Below the pieces are notes generated by a model that did not search any database, had not been told where the DNA came from, and saw nothing but the letters and a program-made list of their open reading frames with translations. A DNA stretch of 64,000 nt, from positions 224,001 through 288,000 of the forward strand of contig JANRKS010000031.1 in NCBI GenBank assembly GCA_033763315.1. Reading direction: 5' to 3'. Below are positions 1-10,265 of the stretch, piece by piece. The position numbers were made by a program, and so were the translations under genes. This stretch comes from Deltaproteobacteria bacterium. GTDB taxonomy: Bacteria; Myxococcota_A; Polyangia; Fen-1088. Numbering within the stretch: position 1 is the first letter of the stretch; every line of letters starts with the position of its first letter.

Positions 1-1
1 C

Positions 2-373
2 GATAGGAAAGCGAGCATCCTGGTGGTGGACGATCACGAAGACACCGTCGAGATGGTGGCGCTGTTGCTTCAGGAAGAAGGCTTCGAAGTGCTGACTGCC
101 CGGACTGGCCGTGAAGCCGTAACTAAGGCATTAGAAGCCAGACCGTTCCTGATTTTGATGGACCTTGGTCTGCCTGACCGCTCGGGGATAGAGATATGCG
201 AGGCACTTCGTGCGGCGGTGCCCGCCAGCCGCATAGTTGCGGTTACGGGGTACCCCTTGCCCAGCATTAGGGAAGCCTTGACCCGTTCCGGCTTTCACGA
301 TGCCGTTCAGAAACCCGTCACGGTGGCGTCTTTCAGGAAGTTGGTGCTCGATGCGGGAGCCAGAGGCACATAA
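2..373 (+). CDS. CheY-like response regulator receiver domain protein (5' partial)
   Basis: Frame is open from the window start: ILVVDD...LILMDLGLP..SG...VAVTG...VQKPV receiver motifs. Confidence 0.9.
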   Translation, partial: DRKASILVVDDHEDTVEMVALLLQEEGFEVLTARTGREAVTKALEARPFLILMDLGLPDRSGIEICEALRAAVPASRIVAVTGYPLPSIREALTRSGFHDAVQKPVTVASFRKLVLDAGARGT

Positions 374-577
374 GGGAGGTGATTCCGTACACGGTTTTTT
401 TCGTCAACCCGTTGCGAGGGTAAGCAGTCTTGGGCGCCCAGAAGTTCAACCGTATCTACGGCGTGATGAGTTGAACCCGTCCATTGCGGCCACCAGTGCC
501 GTTTGAAACGGCGAGGCGGCCGACGCCCATGGACTCACTCGACTGCCCCGCCGGTTAACACTTTTTCATTGGCACGC

Positions 578-618
578 TAACCAGCAGGTCTTGGGTTCGA
601 ACACCGTCCCTCGAGCCA
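578..618 (+). pseudogene. Degenerate tRNA 3' half (possibly tRNA-Asn-like); candidate att remnant
   Basis: TAACCAGCAGGTCTTGGGTTCGAACACCGTCCCTCGAGCCA: variable-loop GGTC, T-loop GGTTCGAA, 3' GCCA; no 5' half seen. Confidence 0.45.
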
Positions 619-638
619 TCTGTTTCTCAAAACCGAAA

Positions 639-667
639 CGCCGACCTTGCGGTTAACGCGAGGGGCG
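639..667 (+). terminator. GC-rich hairpin downstream of tRNA remnant
   Basis: CCTTGCG-GTTAA-CGCGAGG stem (one G-U pair) flanked by CGCC/GGCG. Confidence 0.3.
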
Positions 668-980
668 CGGGAGAGAAGATAAGTTTACGCGTTTTTCGCG
701 GCGTTTTGGAGAGGTTTGGTTGCGGCGCTTTTGTGGCCGCGCTCTCTACGGAGAATGAGCCGTGCTTTCGCGGGTGTTGGCGACGCTATTGGGGGGCAAA
801 TCTCTCTCTGTTTGCGCGTTCCATGCCGGAGAAAGAACGGAGAAACTTAACAGGCGAGGCCACCAGCAGCGCGTTCTCTGTTTTGAATGGAACACACGGG
901 GTGGCAAGCGGGACGGGCCTGTCCCGCCTGTAAGCACAACAGGGACGGTTTTCGAATCGGCTCCTCTCGCTTGACTGCCC

Positions 981-1664
981 GTGCGCTTAACGGCGCTCGG
1001 AGAGCTCGAAGTCAGTGTGTCCGTGGCCGTATTGTATGCAGACGAGTTCATTTTCAGAAGGCCATCAGGCGGGCGTTGCCGGCCGGCCTCTGTTGCGTCT
1101 ATCGTCTCGCGCGTGCGGCTTCTTCGCGTCCTTACGCCTTGTCTGACGGTCCTTTCCGTCCTTTCCACTCCCGTCATGACTTTTGCGAAAGCGAGTCATG
1201 ATGCTGTCAACGCAACCGATGGCCCCGACATTGTGAAGTTTATCCAGTGCAAAGCCACGGCGCAGGAATACAACGCATTCGCCTTCGAATTTGCCGACAA
1301 CGAAAAGAAGGCGAAGCAATGGGGGTGGAAGAAGGCGAAGGCTGGAAAAGGCATGCTGTCGGTGTACACGCTTGCAAAACCTATAAACGTCTACGGTGAA
1401 CGAACGGCTCGCATTGCGTTTTCAGGTAGCGGGATTGTGGCCTTTCTGGCGGCGGGACGCGCACCTGCGTTGGTTCAAGAATTGGGTCTGGCACCCATTC
1501 ACCAGGGATCTCAGGCAAAGGTGTATGGCAAGACAATCTCATTCAGCAAAGAGAAGGTTGGCGACCAACTCATCACATCGTTGACGCAGGTCAGTGTTTC
1601 AACTTCGGCTGCGTATCAAAATGCAACGCTTGTTGGCTGTTCGTATTCCGTTAACTTCGAGTAG
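981..1664 (+). CDS. Hypothetical exported protein (true start probably near 1112)
   Basis: Signal-peptide-like stretch followed by a soluble domain with two Cys. Confidence 0.6.
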   Translation: MRLTALGELEVSVSVAVLYADEFIFRRPSGGRCRPASVASIVSRVRLLRVLTPCLTVLSVLSTPVMTFAKASHDAVNATDGPDIVKFIQCKATAQEYNAFAFEFADNEKKAKQWGWKKAKAGKGMLSVYTLAKPINVYGERTARIAFSGSGIVAFLAAGRAPALVQELGLAPIHQGSQAKVYGKTISFSKEKVGDQLITSLTQVSVSTSAAYQNATLVGCSYSVNFE

Positions 1665-1712
1665 AGGCGAAGCGGTTATCCGCGTTCGGTTAGGGTTAGG
1701 GTGCAAGCGCGC

Positions 1713-3650
1713 CTAGGGCAGCCCGTTGTCGGGGACAGAAAGCTCGAAAGACACGAATTGAAAAGTTTTCCCGACACCCAGTAGTACGTCCAAAACATTA
1801 GTGCCGCGGTTAAACCCCGGGGCCACAAACGTGGCGCTATTCTCCAACGACGCCCAGTCGACCTGCTGGCTATTCCAACGAAGCGTCATCTGCTCCTTCG
1901 CTGGTGGCGCATTTAAGTTCAACCGCACTGACAAGGGACCGTGCTTGCGATTGATTGGAATTAGGATGCGCAATCGATCACCGATTGGCACCACCGGATG
2001 AGCACCGGGCTCCAGCCCTACGAGAAATTTCTGGCTTGGATGTAGCGAAACGAGTTGTTTTCGGTCCGGGGGATTACTGTTAAGCCCGGGATAGAGTTCG
2101 CCGAGAAAATGCTTGCCGACCACCCAGTCGTAAGCGAAGCGATCGCCGCCATATGTTCGCGCGAACCAAAGCCGCGAAGGTTGTGTAACAAACCGAGAAA
2201 GTCCTGCAGTAACTTGATTCCACGGCGAAGGGATTCGCTTCTGCAGATCCTTGTAGATCGGCGTACCTCCATCAGAAAGCAGAGTCGGTGCCGATGTATT
2301 CGCGGTCATGAAAGTATTGCCGACACCCAAGGTAACCACATACGCTGCCAGCGCCATCGTTGCGGCGACGGTTAGTACCCGTCCAGGCAGTGGGCGATAT
2401 GCCAGGCAAAATTTTGCACTAACCCACTCGATGAAAAGCCGAAGGCGGTTCGGAAAAGCGAATAACGAGGCCAATCCAAAAGCAAACGCTACGTAACAAG
2501 AATCAAAGCGACGGCCGCCAAACGCACCGCCCGCCCACCAATCCCAGACCGCAGCGTTGACAATGGTTTGAACGACGGAAGCCATCAACAGCCACGCAGC
2601 GATAGAAAGGCGTTTGCGACTGGGCACAACCAGTCCGAGTAGGCATAGGGCAACCAGCGGCGTGAACGCGAGCAAACCGTTTCTGGACGAAAAAAGTACA
2701 GCTCCTATGCGAGGGGCGTCCCACCTCATAAACTCGGCTCCCTGGGGGATTGCAAACCAGCCGCCGTAGAGAACCTTCCAGGCATACAGTTGAGGGAAGA
2801 AGGCAGCGGCGAACGCCAGCAACGCCGACAATACGTTTAGGCAAAGTTTCCTTTTCGATTGGCTGACGTGAAATGCTCGCCATGCTGGACGGATGAGCAA
2901 CAGGCCCCACGTCAAGCACTGGGGGCGTGCCAGGGCAGCGGCACCAAGTAATGCTCCCGCACCGATCCACCACCATCGACGCTCAATGTGGCCTGCGTGT
3001 TCGGTGGCTCCTTTGTCGCAATGGTTAACGAATGCCGCCACCCAGAACATGGCGAAGGGATGTGAGTAGCCCGGCTGACGAACGGCGTAATATGCGGCGC
3101 TGGTCCCGGCCAGCGTTGCGACGGCGATGAACCAGGGACGAACACTGCCGCCAAAGTGCCGTCGGACAAGAAGAGCCGTTGGCCAAGTAGCGAGGGCCGT
3201 GAAGAACGCGGAGGCGAACATGGCCGCGCGAATTTCGTAAACGCCAAAGCCGGTTGGCGGCACTCCTTGCAGTTTCGAAAGCAGTAGACCAACCAGAAAG
3301 AACGGCAGCGTGAACACGGAAGGCCCGATCCCAAAGACATTGCCTGGCAACCCGGTCGGTGTTGGCGGCAGAAGGTACCAGTTGCCCGTGATCCGATATT
3401 CGTTCGTAAAATCGAGATCGTGGTCTAGGACAAGCGAAGGCAGATAGGCGTAGTAGTAGTTCGCATCGCCCACGTAGATTGCAGTGGATCCGAACTGGTC
3501 TTTCGATAAGAAAAAGAACGTTGTCAACACAGCCAAGACCAGTAGCGCGCACCACAAGTCAAAACTGCGAAAGAGTTTAAGAGTGGCGCGCAGCGATAGC
3601 TGCCTCCAGATCCCGCGAGGTGACTGGTCGGATTCGACGGCTAGATTCAC
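1713..3650 (-). CDS. GT-C fold (ArnT/PMT-like) multi-pass membrane glycosyltransferase
   Basis: Many TM helices; GDANYYYAYLPSLVLDHDLDFTNEY loop, ARPQ and WWAGGAFGGRRF motifs. Confidence 0.7.
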   Translation of the reverse strand: MNLAVESDQSPRGIWRQLSLRATLKLFRSFDLWCALLVLAVLTTFFFLSKDQFGSTAIYVGDANYYYAYLPSLVLDHDLDFTNEYRITGNWYLLPPTPTGLPGNVFGIGPSVFTLPFFLVGLLLSKLQGVPPTGFGVYEIRAAMFASAFFTALATWPTALLVRRHFGGSVRPWFIAVATLAGTSAAYYAVRQPGYSHPFAMFWVAAFVNHCDKGATEHAGHIERRWWWIGAGALLGAAALARPQCLTWGLLLIRPAWRAFHVSQSKRKLCLNVLSALLAFAAAFFPQLYAWKVLYGGWFAIPQGAEFMRWDAPRIGAVLFSSRNGLLAFTPLVALCLLGLVVPSRKRLSIAAWLLMASVVQTIVNAAVWDWWAGGAFGGRRFDSCYVAFAFGLASLFAFPNRLRLFIEWVSAKFCLAYRPLPGRVLTVAATMALAAYVVTLGVGNTFMTANTSAPTLLSDGGTPIYKDLQKRIPSPWNQVTAGLSRFVTQPSRLWFARTYGGDRFAYDWVVGKHFLGELYPGLNSNPPDRKQLVSLHPSQKFLVGLEPGAHPVVPIGDRLRILIPINRKHGPLSVRLNLNAPPAKEQMTLRWNSQQVDWASLENSATFVAPGFNRGTNVLDVLLGVGKTFQFVSFELSVPDNGLP

Positions 3651-5509
3651 GGAGCGATCGCTAGATCGAACTGGTTCTGAGCATCAGTCATGTATCTGTC
3701 GAGAAAGGGAGAATACGTCCGCACGCGCACAGTTCTCTTGTCGTTCAAGAACTCAAATATCCGCAAGTAGCCACCACCACCGAGAGGGTAATCTTGGTAG
3801 TTGAAAGCGAGCTGATGAACGACTTGGCCGGCGTTGTTGAGGCTCGCCATACGGCCGATGCCGTCTTTTCCCACGTGGCCGCTAAGTACGAGCCTTATGT
3901 TCGGTGTCACCGATACTAATTTTTCCCAGATCTCTTGTCCGTCGTTGACAGTCGCACCCTCGGGATTTGCACCAAAGTACCAATGCGGATTCCAAGGTTG
4001 AGAAGCGCTTCTCGATTTGTAATCGTACCGTGTCTCGTCGTTGAACATGTACGCGTGAGTGGCAATAATCGCCCTTAGGTTCGAGTGACTGTTCAAGACG
4101 CCCTTAGCCCATTCAAGTGTGCTGTTACGGGGGGCCCACTCAAGACCTAAAACAATCCAGGTCTCGCCGTTGATGTCGACGAGATGATAACTGTTTTCAG
4201 CAGTTTCGAGCGCCCCTCCGAAAGTACTCATGGCTCTGAAACGTTGAGTAGGGAAGTACTGGTCGAATGGCGTGCTGCGTATCCCGCCCGAACCGTTAGG
4301 TCCGTGATCATGGTTTCCAGTTGAAAGCAGAAGCGGCTGCTGAGCTGGCAAAATGCCGTACGCACTCACGGCGAGGTTCCATTCGGATGCAACGTTGTGC
4401 TCGACAATGTCGCCGAGGTTTAGCATGAACGCCGTGTTCAGCTGCTTTAGGTTCACGTTCGCCCAGGTCGTCTGACTGCGGAAGACGGCAGCGCTGTCAA
4501 AGCCGGCCATGGGGAACGAATAGTTCTGCGTGTCGGGAAACACGACTATGCTGGTGCTTCCCGGTTGCGGAGTTGCTGGCGCCGGTGCGACGTACGTTGG
4601 GGTAACGGTAGGCAGAGGAAGTTGAGCGCCCTTCAGGAGCTTCACGTATCTGGTCAGGTTATTGAAGAATTTTGCCGACGACGAGACGACCTGAGCCTCA
4701 ACGACTACGCCTCCAGCCGCATTGCGAACCTTGTCAAGATGCAGGGAAGATATGAGAATCCTGCCTAGGCCATTCGATGAGGCAGCCTCCAACAAAGCCG
4801 GAAACTCTCCATCACGCCTTCCAGCGGCGATGACCTTGAAACCAACTTGATCGTGAAAGCAATCCCAACATCCCGGCCGTGCCGCGATCCCAGATGGCGG
4901 GGTGGGGCTAGGGAGGTCGATGAGGTTGTCGTCACGCCCGGCTGCTCCAAGCCCCTCCATCAACGGATGGTTGGGGTCTACGGCGAAGACTTCGGCGATA
5001 TCGGTGTCCGTCCGCGCTGCCGATAGGCCGGACAACAAAAACGGCGGTTGGGGTTCCGCACCGCGTGCCTGAGTAAACTGAAGTATCGTTCCCCCCGAAT
5101 CGACGAACCTTCGCAGCGAGGGCGTTTGCTCCGCCATGTAAGGCGCATATCGGGGATCTTCTGTGACGAAGCTTCCGAAGACAATGACGTCGACGCCGAT
5201 GCTTTCTGGTGGTTTGTCCAGAGGTAGTGCTTGGCTACGCCACCCAGCCGCATCCAGACTTGCGCCTAGACCTAGGAGGGACGTTTGCCTGTCTGCAATC
5301 TCCCAATACGCAATATTCAAGCCATTGGGTGGCAGCGGAACCATTGTGTCCGTTACCGTGTCGCTGTCGGGGCGCGAGTCATCGGCAAAGCAGGTCGATG
5401 CATCCGCTTCGCACGAGGGTGAAGCGTCTGAGGATTGGATCGCGTCGTCGTCGCATGATGCGAAAATACTCGCGCATGAAATGACAACCGCTATCCGAAG
5501 TGTGTTCAC
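3647..5509 (-). CDS. Calcineurin-like metallophosphoesterase lipoprotein
   Basis: Lipobox IFAS-C; PDTQ, LGDIV, GNHD, THAY, SGHV metal-binding motifs; GTG start overlaps the upstream stop (GTGA). Confidence 0.85.
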   Translation of the reverse strand: MNTLRIAVVISCASIFASCDDDAIQSSDASPSCEADASTCFADDSRPDSDTVTDTMVPLPPNGLNIAYWEIADRQTSLLGLGASLDAAGWRSQALPLDKPPESIGVDVIVFGSFVTEDPRYAPYMAEQTPSLRRFVDSGGTILQFTQARGAEPQPPFLLSGLSAARTDTDIAEVFAVDPNHPLMEGLGAAGRDDNLIDLPSPTPPSGIAARPGCWDCFHDQVGFKVIAAGRRDGEFPALLEAASSNGLGRILISSLHLDKVRNAAGGVVVEAQVVSSSAKFFNNLTRYVKLLKGAQLPLPTVTPTYVAPAPATPQPGSTSIVVFPDTQNYSFPMAGFDSAAVFRSQTTWANVNLKQLNTAFMLNLGDIVEHNVASEWNLAVSAYGILPAQQPLLLSTGNHDHGPNGSGGIRSTPFDQYFPTQRFRAMSTFGGALETAENSYHLVDINGETWIVLGLEWAPRNSTLEWAKGVLNSHSNLRAIIATHAYMFNDETRYDYKSRSASQPWNPHWYFGANPEGATVNDGQEIWEKLVSVTPNIRLVLSGHVGKDGIGRMASLNNAGQVVHQLAFNYQDYPLGGGGYLRIFEFLNDKRTVRVRTYSPFLDRYMTDAQNQFDLAIAP

Positions 5510-6471
5510 GGAAGCGTCGCGTTCCCTAGGGTCATGCACAGAACATTCGCTTGCATCCCGCAGGTAGCGCCTGTTAGGCAAGTGAAGCGGCAGAGCATGG
5601 TGTTGAGGTCATTTCCGTTGGGGACGAAGGCTACGACATTAGGGTCGGACGGCTGCGTGGTGTCACGGCCACAGTAGCCAGAAATCATCCTTGTTCCGAC
5701 AGGGCAGCTGTTCATGACTGTAATGGCTGCCGCACCAGTCGTATATCCGAAAGTACCTTCCTTGTACTGAATGCCAAGGGCGTGGCCGTGTGTAAGGCTT
5801 CCAGGTGAGAGCTTCGCTGGGGTTATGGCGCCATTGGCGACTGAGGCAGTATCGACGCATCCCGCGCACGGGACCCCTGCCGGTCCTGCAGGCCCTGTGG
5901 CTCCAGTCGATCCCGCTGGGCCTTGTGGCCCTGCTGGACCACCTGGCCCTGCCGCCCCAGGATCACCCTTTGGGCCAACTAGACCTGCCGAATCGCCAAC
6001 CCATTTTCCTGAAGTGTCAATCACGGTCTTGCCGCCAACCGCCACCGACTTCGGTGTTATGGCGCCGTTTACATTTGCGCTGACCAGAGCGTACGGGACG
6101 GCAGCAATTTCTTCTCGCGGCTCCATTTCCGCGTCTTCGTTAACAGTCATCCCGATATAACGAATAGAGCCATCCCATAAGGTTGCTGGGAATTGGACGG
6201 TCGAGCCCAATTGCACGGAAAAGTACCCGCTATCGAGCGTCACTTGGAATGTTTCGGTCCACAATGCTGTTCCTCCCGTCGGTTCAGCGTAGACCGAAAA
6301 CTTGAGCTTTGCGGTACCCTCCGTAGGAACGCCGTCAGGGGAGGAGAGTCGACCCTGTTGCGTTAGGCGCCCAGGAACAGCGAAAGCGTTCGAAGCGTTA
6401 AGGCCGGCGATCAAAACGACTAAGCACCCGATCAACCGCCGAACCGAATTCACATTGCCAATCGTCTTCAT
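5506..6471 (-). CDS. Secreted collagen-like (Gly-X-Y) protein
   Basis: Signal peptide, PGRLTQQGRL N-domain, about 12 GXY triplets (GPKGDPGAAGPGG...), Cys-rich C-terminus. Confidence 0.8.
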   Translation of the reverse strand: MKTIGNVNSVRRLIGCLVVLIAGLNASNAFAVPGRLTQQGRLSSPDGVPTEGTAKLKFSVYAEPTGGTALWTETFQVTLDSGYFSVQLGSTVQFPATLWDGSIRYIGMTVNEDAEMEPREEIAAVPYALVSANVNGAITPKSVAVGGKTVIDTSGKWVGDSAGLVGPKGDPGAAGPGGPAGPQGPAGSTGATGPAGPAGVPCAGCVDTASVANGAITPAKLSPGSLTHGHALGIQYKEGTFGYTTGAAAITVMNSCPVGTRMISGYCGRDTTQPSDPNVVAFVPNGNDLNTMLCRFTCLTGATCGMQANVLCMTLGNATLP

Positions 6472-6935
6472 TTTTTCTTCTCCTGGGCAGTGCTGGTCGA
6501 TCCCACCAGACCGCCGACAAATCTGTAGTTAGCGCTTTTCATGACCCGATTTCCACCGGGTGGTTGTCCAGCTGTTACAACCGCTCGATAACTTGCTGAC
6601 TTCATCCTTGAGCCACCCGCGACCACCGCCCTACCGGACGGGGCTGGTAAGGCCTTGTGTGGTTCAAAGGCATCAACGGGCGGCTCGGCATCTTTTGGCT
6701 GCTCAGGTGACATCGTGTCATTCATCGGAGCTACGGAGGCATCGGTGTCAGAGGGACCAGTGCCATCCCGCCAGCAGTGGCCATCCGTGGCGCAATAAAA
6801 GCCGGAAGCGCATGGGTTAGACACCGACTCTGCGCAAAGCTGCTTGCCGTTCTCCGGCGCCGTCTCTAACGAGCACGAAGGCAGTGCGGCCCAGATCACG
6901 GACGTGGCCAAAAATTTAAATGTTCTATTCACCAT
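6468..6935 (-). CDS. Cys-rich lipoprotein
   Basis: Lipobox ALPS-C; C-x7-C-x5-C-x5-C module; C-terminal repeated MKSAxYR. Confidence 0.65.
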   Translation of the reverse strand: MVNRTFKFLATSVIWAALPSCSLETAPENGKQLCAESVSNPCASGFYCATDGHCWRDGTGPSDTDASVAPMNDTMSPEQPKDAEPPVDAFEPHKALPAPSGRAVVAGGSRMKSASYRAVVTAGQPPGGNRVMKSANYRFVGGLVGSTSTAQEKKK

Positions 6936-7885
6936 CTGCCCTGCCAATTGACGGTTGTTCCGCCGGCTAACAAGGAAGGCGCTACTGCGACCTCTGTCTC
7001 ACCCGGCAATCTGAAGTACAAGAATGTGCCGGCAGCGATTGCAGCCACCCCAGCCCCTAGACAAACCCATTGAAGGGTTTGCGCAGTGCTAGCGGCATCT
7101 TCTGAGCTCTTCGAATATCTCTCGGCCGTCCGCGCATCGTCGGCGTGCGACGCCGCCTTGACGCCGAAGAAAACGCCGGCGCCGAGCAAGGCAGCGCCGG
7201 CACCCCATCCGATCCAATGGCCGACCATTGAGCGGCGGCTCTCCTGAATTGGCGGCTGTGTTGGGCTCGCTGATACATCGGCTGCTGCCACGGGTTGCGA
7301 CTCGTTCTCTGCCGGAGCCGCATCAACGTGAGCCAGCTGGATGTTGACCACAGACGTCTCGCCGGCAGCGAAGGTTCGTGTTTCCTTGAACGGCACGTAA
7401 CCGTTTGCCGTTGCTGTAAGCTGAGTGGGTCCAGGGGCCACTTGAACGACCGGCGAGTCGCCGAGTCGGCCCAAGACGTCGCCACCAACGTTCACCATGG
7501 CATCTGCCGGCGTTCCCTTGACTTCGACGCGGGCTAGATGGCTTGCGACGTCGGCGAGGGACTTGCTCAACGTTTCGCGGTGTTGGGACACCCACGAATC
7601 AGACTCTGATGCCAAGGCCACCGAAAGGTGGAGGTGAGCCGAGAGCCATTTCTCCAGAGCTTGCTCGCACAGTCCGAGTTGGGCTGCGGCGCGGGGCGTG
7701 TGGGCAACCTCAAACGCCTTCTCGAACTCTGCTAGCGCCTCGGCGTTCTTCCCCTTCTTGCGAAGCTCGACGCCCTTGCGAATGAAGATTTCCTCGTGTC
7801 CACTTGCGCCCCAGGACGGCGGAACAGAAACGGCCGTCATGCACAATTGTGCAACCACAATAAGCGCTATGGTCTGTGTCTTCAC
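6929..7885 (-). CDS. TPR + PEGA domain protein
   Basis: Signal peptide, TPR helices (GVELRKKG..EALAEFEKA), PEGA beta domain, C-terminal TM pair; typical myxobacterial architecture. Confidence 0.85.
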   Translation of the reverse strand: MKTQTIALIVVAQLCMTAVSVPPSWGASGHEEIFIRKGVELRKKGKNAEALAEFEKAFEVAHTPRAAAQLGLCEQALEKWLSAHLHLSVALASESDSWVSQHRETLSKSLADVASHLARVEVKGTPADAMVNVGGDVLGRLGDSPVVQVAPGPTQLTATANGYVPFKETRTFAAGETSVVNIQLAHVDAAPAENESQPVAAADVSASPTQPPIQESRRSMVGHWIGWGAGAALLGAGVFFGVKAASHADDARTAERYSKSSEDAASTAQTLQWVCLGAGVAAIAAGTFLYFRLPGETEVAVAPSLLAGGTTVNWQGRW

Positions 7886-7977
7886 CGCGAGCGACGTTTA
7901 GCACAGGCCGTTGCCAATGACCAGAAGGGGTCGCAAATCGGTTAAACTGCGTCCCTATTCGGCGCCGGATTCACGTC

Positions 7978-9036
7978 ATGGACCTAACTAACACCACGCC
8001 ATTCGCGGTCGCGACCATGTTCTCGAGGAACCTTGCAGGGCAAGAGTGTGTGCTTGTCTGTATCAGCGGCCGCTTTGAATGGGGCGAAGGTCTTAAACTT
8101 AATCCGGTAGAGAATCAGGAAGTACCCACGTCCGTAGACCATTTCACGGACGACGACAGCTCAAAAAGCATGTGGAAAGGCGCTGAAGTTTCACCGCCCA
8201 AGCCGAATGTCGACATCTACGTCTGTGGCTCCATTCGCCTTGCGGAACCGAAGCCGTCAGTCGACTGCTCCCTCGTTGTCGGCGGTTTGCTCCACAAAGT
8301 TGTGCGGGTGTGGGGGCCCCGAGTCTGGCGCAAGTCTGGCGATAAGATGCTTCAGTCAGCCCCGGAGGCATTTCTAACCATGCCGGTTCAATGGGAGCGC
8401 GCTTTCGGGGGCGTGTATTCGGCGGATGTCACACGACACGACAAGAATAATCCTGTGGGTATTGGATGGTACGAGCCAAAGGATGCTGACAACAGGCCGC
8501 TACCCAACTTCGAGTCGCCGACCGCACCCCCCGTCTTGGGAGTGCCGTCCATACCCACATGCTTTGGCGCGATTGCGCCACACTGGGGGATGAGGGCCCA
8601 GTATGCAGGCACATACGATGAGTCTTGGCAGCGGCAGCGCGCTCCTTTGCTGCCCGCTGATTTTGATGATCGCTTCTACAACATCGCGCCCATTGATCAG
8701 CAGCTTGACCGTTATCCAGTGGGCGAAACGATCACGTTGGTCAATATGACACCGCGTGGCCACGAATCATTTCTGCTTCCTGAGTTTACGTTTCCAGTAG
8801 CCTTCGTGGATGCTGGACAACTGGTTGAGCGCGAAGCGCATCCCGATACCGTTTTCTTCGACCTGGACACGAGGCAAGTAACAATCCGCGCGGCAGTTGA
8901 GTACCTCCCGAAGGACTCGGTTTTGGATCTGGCAGCCGCGTTCGTTGGCGAAATGGGCGGGGGGAGAAGAAAGGCACTACTGCAGGGGAAGACTTACCTC
9001 GACTGGCATGAAGCACGGAAGGGAGTGAGACCTTGA
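7978..9036 (+). CDS. DUF2169 T6SS accessory/chaperone protein
   Basis: NTTPF start, PPKPNVD, WERAFGG, NPVGIG, RAQYAGTYDESW...LLPADFDDRFYNIAP motifs. Confidence 0.9.
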   Translation: MDLTNTTPFAVATMFSRNLAGQECVLVCISGRFEWGEGLKLNPVENQEVPTSVDHFTDDDSSKSMWKGAEVSPPKPNVDIYVCGSIRLAEPKPSVDCSLVVGGLLHKVVRVWGPRVWRKSGDKMLQSAPEAFLTMPVQWERAFGGVYSADVTRHDKNNPVGIGWYEPKDADNRPLPNFESPTAPPVLGVPSIPTCFGAIAPHWGMRAQYAGTYDESWQRQRAPLLPADFDDRFYNIAPIDQQLDRYPVGETITLVNMTPRGHESFLLPEFTFPVAFVDAGQLVEREAHPDTVFFDLDTRQVTIRAAVEYLPKDSVLDLAAAFVGEMGGGRRKALLQGKTYLDWHEARKGVRP

Positions 9037-10265
9037 CGCCCGAGGAGAAGAAGGCCCAGCGCGAGGCGAAGGCTGAGTTCGCGAAATTCAAACAGCTTGG
9101 ACCTGGCCCCATCAATCGCCTCCGACGCAAATACCGCGCGATGAAGGAGCAATGGCGGGTCGCGGATCACCAAGGCCGCCGCAAGTTGGCGAAGCATTGG
9201 GCGGTATGTTTCGGCGTCGTGTTCTGGAGTTTCGCCACCATAATCGTGGGCGTTATAGGGAGGCAGTCTCCCTACCAAGCCGGCTCGTTCGTGAATGTCT
9301 GGGTGGAACGCGGCTTTATGGTCTTCGTATTCTGGAAGTCGTTCATGTACCACGCTGCGGACTTTTACCCGCAGGAAGCAGGCAAGAAGCCTTCCGACGA
9401 TCTGCCCGGTACGGAACTGGTCTGGAGCATCGGGGGAGGGGCCGCCGTGGTCGCACTGGCGATCTCCTTCATTCTGCCTGGAGGTTTGTTCTTGACCTCC
9501 TTGTCAGGCTTGCTCGACCCATGGCCACATAAAGAAATGCGCCTTCGCTTGCATAGGGAATTCTTCATTGAGGAGCAAGTCAAGAGCACGCTGATAAAGC
9601 AGTACTATTTTGAGGTATCACGTGAAGGTTCGTCTTTAACCTGGGACATCCCGTACGACGATCGGAAGCTGCCAGGTGCAGTACCGATTGCGGTACAGGG
9701 TGGAGTGTATTTTGCCAGCGCCGAATGGCACTTTGGTCTGTTTGGTCTGCCTTGGGTTCGCCGAAAGACGGTGCAGCCGATCTTTGAACACCTCATTGAT
9801 GCTTCGCCCGTCCACTTGCCAGGAGGCTCGCCGCGCCGGAAGCCTGGAAAGGACAACCGGACCATACCTATCTCCCGACTTTACGATCGTCCGTTTCTCG
9901 TAATGGGTTCTTGCGCTTCGTTCCGCGCGCCAGATTATAGAGAAGAAGCGGTTTTCGACTTTCTCGACAGCATCAAGACCGCCGTCAGCTTCGTGTTCCG
10001 ACATTCAGAGAACAAAAAGATCAATGCATTGCCTCACTATGAGCCCGGACCGGACTACTATTTCGACGAGCTGATAGGCATAGAGGCAACGAGAACTTAT
10101 TGCAGGGGCACTTTGTTCTGCGCAAAACGAGATTTGGGACCGACCTATGAACTGCGAAACGTGCACGACCGAGCTCACCTTGTGAAACACCTCAAGGAAC
10201 GTTGTGGCGTTGCGATAGAAGGCGTCCGGTCCGCGGAACCTGCACGCGATTTAATGAACCATTGA
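9033..10265 (+). CDS. Membrane protein; candidate immunity protein for the convergent effector
   Basis: Three TM segments plus soluble domain; coupled to DUF2169; 3' end overlaps the effector by 74 bp. Confidence 0.5.
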   Translation: MTPEEKKAQREAKAEFAKFKQLGPGPINRLRRKYRAMKEQWRVADHQGRRKLAKHWAVCFGVVFWSFATIIVGVIGRQSPYQAGSFVNVWVERGFMVFVFWKSFMYHAADFYPQEAGKKPSDDLPGTELVWSIGGGAAVVALAISFILPGGLFLTSLSGLLDPWPHKEMRLRLHREFFIEEQVKSTLIKQYYFEVSREGSSLTWDIPYDDRKLPGAVPIAVQGGVYFASAEWHFGLFGLPWVRRKTVQPIFEHLIDASPVHLPGGSPRRKPGKDNRTIPISRLYDRPFLVMGSCASFRAPDYREEAVFDFLDSIKTAVSFVFRHSENKKINALPHYEPGPDYYFDELIGIEATRTYCRGTLFCAKRDLGPTYELRNVHDRAHLVKHLKERCGVAIEGVRSAEPARDLMNH

